This document shows positions 51,077-62,667 of a stretch of DNA of 64,000 nt, piece by piece. The notes beneath the pieces were generated by a model. That model saw nothing but the letters and a program-made list of their open reading frames with translations, had not been told where the DNA came from and ran no database searches. Source of the stretch: Eledone cirrhosa. Taxonomy: Eukaryota. The stretch spans positions 2,232,001-2,296,000 of the forward strand of contig OZ024743.1 of NCBI GenBank assembly GCA_964016885.1, given 5' to 3'. The first letter of the stretch is position 1. Each line of letters opens with the position of its first letter. The position numbers and the translations under genes were made by a program.

Positions 51077-53085
51077 CTGTGTCAAGGAAAACCGGGATAT
51101 TGTCGGGGAGAAGTGTGTCCGTAATGATGATGGTATACTTGCCATCACTGATACTGATAAGAAGGTAGCTTGGAAGTGTCACTACGAAAGGCTACCAAAT
51201 GAGGAGAATAAGTGGGAAAAACATAGTCTGCTCCAAATCGATCCAATAGAGGGACCAGCAGTGCAAGTTGAAGGTAGTATAATAAGTAAGGCAATCAAAG
51301 ATATGAAGACAGGCAAAGCAGCTGGGCCTTCGGAGATAGTTGCTGAAATGCTGAAAGCATCTGGATCAGTGGAACACTATGGTCACCAAGTCATACAGAC
51401 TGGGATCATACCAAATGACTGGCGTAGCAGCATCATCCTTAACTACTACAAGGGTAAAGGATATGCCCTTGATAGGGGAAACTATAGAGGCATTAAATTA
51501 ATTGACCAGGTCATGAAGGTGACAGAAAGAGTTATAGCGCAACTAATCAGAGAGCGAATTGATCTAGATGAAATGCAGTTTGGGTTTGTGTCAGGTAAAA
51601 GTACCACAGATACTCTTTTCCTTGTAGGACAACTACAGGAGAAGTACCTAGCTAAAACTAAACCCCTATTTGTTGACTTGGAGAAAGCCTTTGACAGAGT
51701 TTCCCGCTCTATTATCTGGTGGGCTCTTAGAAAACTAGGTGTTGATGAATGGCTTGTGAGAGCTATACAAGCCATGTATAAAGAAACAGTCGGCAAGGTT
51801 AGAATTAACAACGAATATAGTGAAGAATTTAGCATAAAAGTTGGCGTTCATCAGGGCTCTGTCCTTAGCTCCCTCCTATTTATTATTGCCCTTCAGGCTA
51901 TAACAGAAGAGTTCAAGACCGGCTGCCCATGGGAACTTCTATATGCAGATGATCTAACGCTCATAGCTGAATCGATGGCTGAACTAGAGAAGAAATTCCA
52001 AACATGGAAGCATGGCCTAGAATCAAAAGGCCGTAAAGTTAACTTGTCTAAGACTAAAGTTCTAGTATGTAGGAAGGAAAATAGGGCACTGGTCCCCTCT
52101 GGGAAATGGCCATGCTCAGTGTGTAGGAAAGGAGTAGGCAGAAACTCCATTTTATGTCCCAAATGCAAAGTATGGGTGCATAAAAACTCCATTTTATGTC
52201 CCAAATGCAAAGTATGGGTGCATAAAAAAAGCTAACTAAGAACATAGATTTTATATATGGGCGGTGCTCAGGTGCAATAAGTAGCAAGTGCCCACAGGAT
52301 ACTAGCTCCTTCCATTGCCCAGATGGTTCTATAGAAATAGTGGACACCTTCCATTACCTGGGTGACAAAATCAGCAGTGGTGGAGGGTGCTCTGAAAGTA
52401 CAGTAGCCAGAGTCAGAACGGGATGGAAAAAGTTCAGAGAGCTTATACCACCATTGGCCGCTAAAGGTTTCTCTCTAAAAATTAAAGGCAGACGGTATAA
52501 TGCCTGCATACGAACAGCAATGCTACATGGCAGTGAGACATGGGCATTGTGTGCAGAGGATCTGCACAGACTGGAGATGAACGAAGCTCGCATGCTCCGT
52601 TGGATGTGTAATAGTAATATACGTGAACGGCAAAGCATAAATGAACTAAATGAGAAATTAGGAATAAGAGGGATCAGATGCTGTTTACTCGAGAGAAGAC
52701 TACGTTGGTATGGTCACGTGATGCGCATGAAAGACAGCTGTATAAAAAAGTGCAGGGTGATCAAAATTGATGGAAGCTACGGAATAGGCAAACCCCAAAA
52801 AACCTGGGACGATTTGATAAATTCCAACTTTACACACTTACACCTCTCTAAGACAATGTCACTGGACCGAGATCTTTGGCGCTACGCAGTAATACAGAAG
52901 ACCCGCCTTGCCTAAGTACAAAGCGAAACCTACAGTCAGTAGCCACCTCTTAACCAAAAAAACACACAGTCCATGCTGTAATGTGGCCATGTAGGTAACA
53001 CGGTAAAAACCTCCCAGTCCACGTTTAACATCTATCTTCCCAGCTAGCGTGGAAGATAGACGTTAAACGATGATGATGATGATAT
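51077..53085 (+). mobile_element. 5'-truncated RTE-clade LINE: reverse transcriptase, PHD-like Cys finger, 3' UTR and (GAT)n tail; disabled
   Basis: GKAAGPSEI, NYRGIKL, QFGF, FVDLEKAFDRV, GVHQGSVLS, LLYADDL, VNLSKTK, FHYLG, LHGSETW, RLRWYGHV; frame broken near 52230. Confidence 0.96.
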
Positions 53086-53149
53086 ATATAGCTGTTGAAA
53101 CATCAGGAGCTCTGCCATTGGGGTCCTGAATTTTTCCTATATATATATT

Positions 53150-53301
53150 TGACTAAAGAAATTTTAGCCTGATAGTGGGGCTTAGAACCCTCAAAGAAAT
53201 AGAAAAAAAATGAATATTGACGTATGTACATCTAATACTCATCTTTTTCCATTTCTTAGAGGGTTCTAAACCCCACTATCAGGCTAAAATTTCTTTAGTC
53301 A
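53150..53301. repeat. ~150-bp fold-back (MITE-like hairpin)
   Basis: tgactaaagaaattttagcctgatagtggggcttagaaccctc / gagggttctaaaccccactatcaggctaaaatttctttagtca; arms continue almost to the centre. Confidence 0.9.
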
Positions 53302-54197
53302 GAATATGGCGAAAGCTTCTATTTCTAATATCAAACTCACTCACTGTTTCAAAAACATACCTGATATATTATTTATTATTATGTATTTGTATATATATAT
53401 ATATTCATGGGCTGAAGCATACATATATATAGTATGCACTACCCCCAACCCATCCCACCCTCCCATACATCTCTCATGAGGACAGACTGGAGCATACATC
53501 CAGTGAAACCTCCAACCTACAGTGTAAAGTGGTTGTGATGGAGACACAACAAAAAGCACAGTTTGACTAAATCATCAGGTCAATTTTTCAAAATGGACCT
53601 GATATTTAGATGTTTCTAGCTTGAAACCACAGGTGGTGCAGAGTTAGTCAAACTGTTAATATAAATACTCAATTTCCACATGATGCGATCATTGCTCTTT
53701 ATTTTCGTTTGTGCCCACAACTAGACACACAAACACACACGTCTTTGTGTATGTGTGCATGTGATCATATGTATTGTATAACCCCACACACACACACAAT
53801 TGGAGCATATTGATTGTATTATGGTTGCTGTGATATCTCAAATTATCTGTAAATTATCTGTAAAGTGACATAAAAAATGCTTGAAATATTTATGATGTAC
53901 ATGATTGTGTGTGTGTGTTTATATGCAAAGTGTGTATGAGTATGAGAGGCATTTGTGTGTGAGTGTATGTGTGTGTGATGGCCTGAATATTGAAGTGAAC
54001 TTAAGATAAGTGCTGGTGGTATTCAAGTGAAAAGAGGTGAAACAGTGAAGAATCTCATGCAATGAAAATGAAAGATGTGTTAACACAAGAGACTTAACAT
54101 GATAGAGTTTGCTGTCAATTTACATTACTTCACATTTTATTGGAAGTTATTTCTACCAGCAAAATCCACAACAGTCTATAAAGTAACCATCAATAAA

Positions 54198-54418
54198 GGT
54201 AGTGGAGTGGTAGAATTGGTAGTGTGAGGAGTAAAATGTCATTGCTATATTTGTTCTGGCTCTTTACATTCTGAGTTCAAATCCCACTGAGATCAACTTT
54301 GTCTTTCATCCTTACAGAGTCAATAAAATAAAGTACCAGTCAAGTACTTGGGTTTAATCGATTCAACTTAACCCTTCCCCAAAATTTGATGGCCTTGTGT
54401 CTAAATTAGAAATCAATA
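54198..54418 (+). mobile_element. tRNA-derived SINE, long form
   Basis: tggtagaattgg A-box, gagttcaaatccc B-box, core and tail. Confidence 0.82.
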
Positions 54419-56049
54419 TGTATTGAGGCAGTCAATCATCATCATCATCATCATTTAATATCTGTTTTCTCTGTTAGCAAGGGTTGGAGAGGATTTCACT
54501 GACTGTGTCAGTACTCAAATATGGCTACTGACCTCACAGATGGGCCAGGGGCCAGCATCTCACTTACATACATAATTACATTCTACCGAGTGCATTTTAT
54601 TGTGACACCAGCACCGGGGAGATTGTCATGTCTTTGACACAACTGAAGAGTTTTCCTGGCCCTTTGATTTATAAAAATATCATAAAGTAAGTAACAGTAG
54701 TATATTGAGAGCAAAGTCAATTGCTTGCTTAAATTACTTTTACTATGGAGGTATGAAAGGTATCTGTTTTTTATTCATTCAGGTATACTGAAGCAAGCAT
54801 AAAATTATGCATCTGATATGTAGAACACAACCCAACGTTGGCTGTAAGATCAAAAATTATAACCACAGACAATGCAATTATGATATACCTTAAAGTCACA
54901 AATCCAAGGCCTAAACCTTGCAGACAATGAATTATAACCATACAATATACATGTACATATATATATATAATATCCTGTACCACACTGTAAATGTTGTTAG
55001 TGTTAGGAAGGGCATCCAGCCATAGAAAACCAGCCAGAAATAGTTCTAAACGAGTGAGACACAGTCACAACCACAATCACAGTCACAATCTTACCCCAAG
55101 TGAGACAAACCTGTCTAACCCATGCTTGCGTGGAAGATGGACATTAAACGATGATGATGATGATGATGATGATGATATATATATAAGGCATTCGGTGATT
55201 GTTTGTCTTTGTTCTACTTTATTCTATATATGTATATAGTGTATATATGTGTAGTATAAGTGTATGTATATTTAGGGTAATTATCAAAGGTGAATAGACT
55301 TGTTCGAGCAATAACGGTCTTGCTTATATATATATATATTCTATGTTGTGCAATCTGTTGTATCAGTGGTCACAAATACATGACTTTAACCTCCCAGACA
55401 ATGAATTACTGCAATTAGCCATTGTGTCTTATAATACATACACAACATTATTTGGACATCTTCCATCCCTAACAAGAGCAACTCTATATTTTACCCTCTC
55501 CCAATATATGCCTTATGTGTCCCTGGTTTTTAGAATAGGTACACCATATCCTTGCATGTCGTAAGAAGTGGTTAAAAGGGTTGGTGTATGTAAAGGCATC
55601 TGGCTGTTAAACACTACATGAAAAAGTCCAGTCCAACCCAGTCCAACCCATGCCAGCAAGTCGGTGTAAAAATGATGTTGATGATTGTATTAGATGCCAT
55701 AAATTATTCATATACCATCATACCAATTCATTATACTTTTCTCATTAATAATGTTTTTAATTCATTAATGATGCTGTACATGGACAACAACAGGTATATG
55801 AAAACAGAACCAGAATAGGTGTTCTGCAAATAGATCAATTAACTCATAATATTCTGTACCACATAAAACCTCACTAGCCAGACATTCTTGAAAAACCCAA
55901 AACACAACCAGAACTGCAGCATATCAAATATTAAAATCTCTTTACTTTGTTTTAGCCACATGAAATCACATTAGAAAGTCGTTCTTGAATAATACAAAAC
56001 AGAACTAGGATGGCAGCACATGAAACATTAAATTCTATATTTTAGTTTA

Positions 56050-56340
56050 CTGTAAATTCCCACAGATATTAGTAAAGATACTATGAACATTTGAATTAAT
56101 AAAACTGTTTTTAGATATTTTCTGCTAAATCATTACAGGATGTTAAGAGATAATACTGCAAATTTCCACAAAGTCTGTCCACTAGTAAAGATACTATAAA
56201 CATTTAAATTAACAAAACTACTTTTAGATATTTTCTGCTAAATCATTGCATGCTCTTAAGAGATAAAACAATAAATTTTCACAACGATCTATCCACTAGT
56301 AAAAATATTATAAACATTTGAATAAACTAAATTGTTTTTT
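56050..56340. repeat. ~110-bp tandem repeat x2.5
   Basis: tagtaaagatactatraacatttraattaayaaaact...tttagatattttctgctaaatcatt. Confidence 0.75.
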
Positions 56341-57099
56341 ATAATAAGTTATGCTCCAAATACCAGCTTAATCATAAAAAATTAGTTACATAAAAAATTT
56401 CCATCCAAATTTTAAATTTATAAAAAAACCATAGGCTGCTTATTTTATTAGAAAAATTGGTAACAGAAGGGTTTAAGTATTCATATATATATATATATAT
56501 AAACCTTCCAACATAATTTTATGTAAAAACCTTTAAGTTATGCTTCCAACCAAGTTAATCATGAAAAAGTTAATTAAATACAAAAACCCTCCAAATTCAA
56601 AATTAATAGAAAAGCCATAGGCAATGTATATCATTAGAAATCTGGTAAGGAAATGGTTAATTCTATTTTTTTTTTCTCTCTTAACAGCTGTTGTTACTTC
56701 CATATATTAAAAAGTAAAGTATGCTAGAATAATATGTACCAGCTGGCAGCAAGCAATGAGAATATTGAATGAGCATCAGAATAAGGTGCGGCATTAAAAA
56801 CGCTGTAAACATTAAAGTGTGGAAAGCTTGAAAGTAAATTGTAAATAGGAGCATCAAATTAATGCCACACCCATTAACATAGTCAATAAAAGTTGTTAGT
56901 TTCATAAACCTAATATGATCTCTCTACTTGAAGGTGTAAATTAAGGCAGAGAAGTAGTTTTGTAATTATTGCTAAGATACAATACAGACATGTCCACACT
57001 AAATTATATGAAGATACCTGATATTGCAGCTAAGATACAATAAAGACATGTCCACTATATATATATATATTTGGATTTTAGTCTTCACATTTATTATTA

Positions 57100-57246
57100 T
57101 AGAGTTACGGCCCTTGCCCTTCTGAGTTTGAATCCCGCCGAGGTTAACTTTGCCTTTCATCCTTACGGGGTCGATAAAATAAAGTACCAGTAATGCACTG
57201 GGATGATTGCTGGCCTTGTGCCAAAAGTAGAAACAATTATTATTAC
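57100..57246 (+). mobile_element. Young short-form SINE, 5'-truncated
   Basis: Close match to 15280-15430. Confidence 0.88.
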
Positions 57247-57389
57247 TATATACATATATATATATAAATATATGAATAATTGCAAGTGCAACTTACACCA
57301 ATTAGCTATATCAATCACAGCACCTTGTTAGAGTAAGGTAGGCAGAGTGGTTGAGAGTTGGTCATCATCATCACATCTTGGCATATTGG

Positions 57390-57875
57390 TTGTATGAATC
57401 ACCTTAACTTTCTCTCTCCATCCATCTCGACAATTCATTGCTCCTGATAGATCCACAATATTCTATTCAGTATCCTCACATAGCTATTTTATGTAAGTTC
57501 TGTGAAGTCTGCCTACATTGGAATGCCCATACTTTGGTGTCCATAGCTACATGTCACTGATAATTTCTTTCTTTTCTCTTCAGCACTGTCCTGCAAATCT
57601 GCTTCGTCTCTCTCAGATGGTATGAACGATTGCAAGTAGATGGCCGTAAAGTTACTTTTTTGTAAGATATGCTTCCAGAATATGTTTAAAACCACTCTGA
57701 GCATTTTTGTGTACACCTCATCAAACTTCTTCTTGAGTTGCTTAATGAGTGTCCACGTAGTACTCCCATACAACAGAACTGATTCCACTGCCACTTGGAA
57801 GAATTTGCGTTTTATTTGTTTGGAGAACTTCAATTTCCAAATTGTAATCAACTTATCCAAAGTATTCCAAGCTTT
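57390..57875 (-). mobile_element. Decayed RTE-like LINE 3' fragment related to 28011-28419
   Basis: IWK...KRKFFQVAVESVLLYGSTTWTL...YTKMLRVVLNI.W. Confidence 0.82.
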
Positions 57876-58714
57876 GCTGATCTACGTTGATGGACACAAT
57901 GTAGCAAAGGGGACACAGCAAGAGCCACTAAACCTTTGGTGGGTGTATAGTCAAACATTATACACTCAGCCATGTACACACTCTGAAATTTTTAATTTAG
58001 ATACTAGACCAGCAAATATGGGGGAAGGGCAAAGTAATCAACCCCTGACGAATGAAAGGTAAAGTTGACCTTGGTGGGACATGAACGCAGAATATAAAGA
58101 GCCAGAACAAATACCATAATTTCATTTTATCTGACACTCTACCAATTCTGCCAATCCACCATGCTTCTACTATACATACATTAAAAATATATATGTAACC
58201 GTGTAGAATTTGTTAGCCAAATAAGATATCCACAATACATGATGATCCCTTTTTTATTGCTCTGTGAGAGTAGAGGGGTTTACTGCTCATAGCCTTTGCA
58301 AGTTTTCTATAGATTGAAGTTTACTTATAGGGAAAGCGTGTTGAAAAGTTTGCTCATTCAGGGGAAGAGAGGGTGATTTGGAGGGTGAGATATGGTAGGA
58401 AAAATTAGAATAGAGGTTAGTTCATCATGTTCTTTGAGCTTGAGTAGCACACGGCTTGATAATTTGGAGGTAGTAGTAACCATTGTAGTTGTGGTGGTGG
58501 TGGTGATGATTATAATGATGATGATGATGATATAGAAAAGGAAGAAAGGAATCTAATGAAATCAATTTGGTGCATTGAATTCTGCAGCGCACCCTACTTC
58601 TGTAAACACCAACGTGCAAACTTCAATAAAAACAGCATGGCTGAAATGTTAATGCAATATCACAGCATCACATTAAACAAAATAGCAACAACCTCAAGTA
58701 AAGGAATGACGCCT

Positions 58715-59130
58715 AAACAGAAGCTGACTCCAGGAGTGACTTAAAACATATAAACATCAGACACCATTAACAGAAGCTTACTACAGAAGTCACTTAAAAC
58801 ATATCTTAACGCTTTAACATTTACATTACTCTATATTTATTACTATATTTTCATGATAAAGGCTCTATCTCATATAATTATCTCACATAATATCGAATCT
58901 ATGAGATTTTGATATTTATTTTGAGAAACATACCTTAACATCAGTTTGAGCGGCCGGTTACAGCTGGTTTGAACAGAAAAGGAGAGAGAATTTTGGCCAG
59001 ATACAGCCGGCTTAAATTATCAGACATGATAAACTGAAGCTTACTACAGAAGTGACTTAAAACATATCTTAAACATCAGACACCATAAACAGAAGCTTAC
59101 TACAGAAGTGACTTAAAACATATCTTAATA
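58715..59130. repeat. ~52-55-bp tandem repeat interrupted by a MITE family A copy (~58810-59018)
   Basis: aacagaagcttactacagaagtgacttaaaacatatcttaaacatcagacaccat; the MITE starts at atatcTTAA|cgctttaacattta. Confidence 0.8.
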
Positions 59131-59887
59131 TAAAAACCTTCGAGGGCGGTGGATTGGCAGAATCATTAGAGCATCAAATGATTGCAGCATTTTGCTACGG
59201 CCCTATACATTCTGGTTTCAAACCCTGTCAGAGTCAAGTCTGTCTTCATCCTTCTGGGGTTGATAAAATAAAGTACCAGTAAAGTACAGAGGTCGGTATA
59301 ATCGACTTACACCATCCTCGCATTGGATTGGCAAAACGATTAGAACATCTCGCAAAATGATATTGTGATATTTGTTCTGGCTCTCTACATTCTGAGTTCA
59401 AACCCCACTGGGCAGATATAATAAAGTGTCAGTCAAATACTGGGTTGATTTAATCCTTTAACCAACTGTCCCTTACTTTGTGGCTGTGTATCTATGTTAA
59501 AACTATTATTGCATTCAGTACATCTTGTAAAGTGGTTGGTGTTAGGAAGGGTCTCCATACCAAGTATGGAGATATAAACAAGGTGTGCTCATCTGATCAA
59601 GGTGTGCTCATCTGACCAGTCTAGCCTCAGAATGTGACAACCCATCCAGCTCATGCTAACATGGAGAGTGGACATAAAAACAACAATGATGATGATTCAT
59701 AAATATAAGCTAAAGCATTCAAGCTGGAGAATGGCAAAGATAAAAGTGAGTGGCATACAACTATTATACACTTGTAAACATCTGGTTGACTTAACTGGTA
59801 TTGAGAAAATTTGAAATATGAAAAGTAATTGTCCCAATTATAAGGACTATAACAATAATCGATCTCTATAAATAATAGTTTTTAAAA

Positions 59888-60098
59888 ACCCATTAGCATT
59901 TGCACTACTCTATATATACTATCATATTTCATAGTAAACACTTTATCTCACATAATATTGAATCTACGAGATTTTGATGGTATTTATTTTGAGAACGATA
60001 CCTTGACATAAGTATGAACAGTTGGTTACGGCTGGCTTGAACAGAAAGAGGTGAGAGAATTTTGGCCAGATATGGCCGGTTAAATGCTAAAAGGTTAA
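59888..60098. mobile_element. piggyBac-type MITE family A
   Basis: cccattagcatttg...taaatgctaaaaggTTAA; internal sequence matches 45615-45823. Confidence 0.8.
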
Positions 60099-60690
60099 GT
60101 AAGAATGCATGGTTACTTTTGATACCATTTACACATTCTCTCTTGGCATATCTATGCTTTGTTGTCTATGTACATTAACATCACACATCCATTGAACCAT
60201 GTTTGCTCCACTTGAAATTTTGAGACTAGGCTGTTGACCTATAGATCAATTTAGCAATGAGAACAATCCTTAATTGAGAAAGTGGTTCAATAAGTAGCTT
60301 GAATTTCTAAGAAAGTTACTGAATAGAACAAGCACCTGAGGGTATAATAGCTGAAATGCTGTGACTATAATAAAATCTCTATATAAATTTGAGCGACTTC
60401 TGTCCACACAATGTGTGTGGGTGTGTATTTGTGTGTGAATGTATGTGTGTGAATGTATGTGTGTGTAAAAGGAAGGAAGGGGATGGTGAAAAAACTATAA
60501 CAAAACAGTGGCTGGCGTTCCATTTGCTGTGCTGTGTGTGAATGTATGTGTATGTGTGAGTTTGTGTAAATGTATGTGTTTGTGTGGATGTACGTGTGTT
60601 TGTGTGAATGTACGTGTCTATTTGTATGAATGTATGTGTGTGAGTGAGTATTTTTGTGTGCCTGTGTTTGCATGTTCATATTTATATATT

Positions 60691-61716
60691 CATTACTGGT
60701 ACTTTATTTTATTAACCCTAGAAGGAGGAAAAGTAATGCTAACCTTGGCAGGATTTGAACTCAGAATATAAGGGACTGTAATCCTATGCTACAAAGCATG
60801 TTGTCCAACGCTCTACCGATTCTGCCAATCCACCTAATAATAGTAGTAATAATGTGTAATTATACAGTGTTATGTAGGAATGAACCTCCATCAGTTTCAA
60901 TGAGGAGTGTTCTAGTTGTTCGAACTATGGAATTAATGAGTAAGTAAGACTTGACTCTTTCCCAGACATGTGTACCATTGAGATTCAGTGTGACATAGTA
61001 TTTAACAACACTGGTCCTTTGAATTCCAGGTACAGTCCATCTGATGGGCTTCCAAACAGTTTCCCTGTATCCAGTTTCATTCAACAAGGCATGGGTTTAC
61101 CTTGAGGCTATGGTAAATGACACTTGCACAAGATGTTATGCAGTGAGATTGAACCCAGAACCTAGTGATTGTGAAGCAAACTTCTTAACCATTCGTGTAT
61201 GCTGATGAGTATGTGTATATGTGTGTGTATGTGCATATGCATACATTTATATATATGAATATATAAATATATGCATAACATCTTGTGCAAGTGTCATTTA
61301 CCATAGCCTCAAGGTAAACCCATGCCTTGTTGAATGAAACTGGATACAGGGAAACTGTTTGGAAGCCCATCAGATGGACTGTACCTGGAATTCAAAGGAC
61401 CAGTGTTGTTAAATACTATGTCACACTGAATCTCAATGGTACACATGTCTGGGAAAGAGTCAAGTCTTACTCATTAATTCCATAGTTCGAACTAGAACAC
61501 TCCTCATTGAAACTGATGGAGGTTCATTCCTACATAACACTGTATAATTACACATTATTACTACTATTATTAGGTGGATTGGCAGAATCGGTAGAGCGTC
61601 GGACAACATGCTTTGTAGCATAGGATTACAGTCCCTTATATTCTGAGTTCAAATCCTGCCAAGGTTAGCATTACTTTTCCTCCTTCTAGGGTTAATAAAA
61701 TAAAGTACCAGTAGTG
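60691..61716. repeat. Near-perfect inverted duplication: arms 60691-61142 and 61272-61716, 129-bp spacer
   Basis: Arms are reverse complements apart from a 3-nt indel, a 4-nt indel and about 2 substitutions. Confidence 0.97.
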
Positions 61717-62667
61717 CACTGGAGTCAATTTAATTGACTTTCCCCTCCTCCCAAATTGTTGGCCTTGTGCCTAAATCAGAAACCATTATTATTATTTTTT
61801 TTATTTATTATTATCGGCCAATCTGATATACAAAGGAGAAAACTTTTGATACTTTGGTAAACACTCATTATATGAGAAAGTATTCATGTTTATCTGTTAA
61901 CATTGATTTACTATAGTATGATAGAGATAAAAATAACAACAAGATAGCTGTGTGTCAAGTAGGACAGTCTAGTTAAACAGAAATCTGTAGAATGAGCTAA
62001 TGAGGACATGTTCATACAGTTGCTCGGCCTAGTAGAATTAGCAGCTAAATGACCCTCAATTCATAGTCTACCATATTTTTTTTAAAAAGGGGCATATTAG
62101 ATAGTTTTGGGACCGAGATATATTTATCATCATCATTATCACCTTCATCGTTTAAGGTCTGCTTTCCCTGCTAGCAAAGGTTGGAAAGATAATGAGTAGT
62201 GCTTTTCGTAATTTTTGGCAGGGATTTTTCTGGATGGATGCCCTTCCTATCACCAACCACCTTACAGCATGGGCTGTGTTCATTTTATCATGCCACCAAC
62301 ACAAGAGATATTGTCTGGGAGGACTTAAGGGTCCTATCTACCCTGTATCAGTATTTTTTCAGAGAGGTTCCTCTCCTAGATAGGTTGCCTTCTCTAGAGC
62401 TTATGGAGCCTGTATCTACCCAATACTACATCTGAAGGAAAAAAATGTGTGGTCATATCTCAGAAAACCTTTTTGATTATAGGTCAACTTTGGCTGACCT
62501 GGAGGTGAATCACAACAATGATGACAACAACAACAACTGCAGAGAAATCTCCATCTTTCTTTTCTTATGATCATTATTTAGAGACCAAACAAATAAAAAT
62601 CTGGTTTCATTTCATGTACCTGTGTGTGTGTGTGTGTGTGTTAACTTATACTCTAAGGACAAGCACC

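Noticed and set aside
51482-52638. Minus-strand ORFs over the LINE
   Set aside because: Antisense shadows of the RT frame. Likewise 44507-44746, 7933-8160 and 57640-58062.
56665-56810. Plus-strand exon after a strong polypyrimidine-AG at 56687
   Set aside because: An isolated acceptor-like site with no supporting ORF or partner exons; such sites are common in T-rich DNA.
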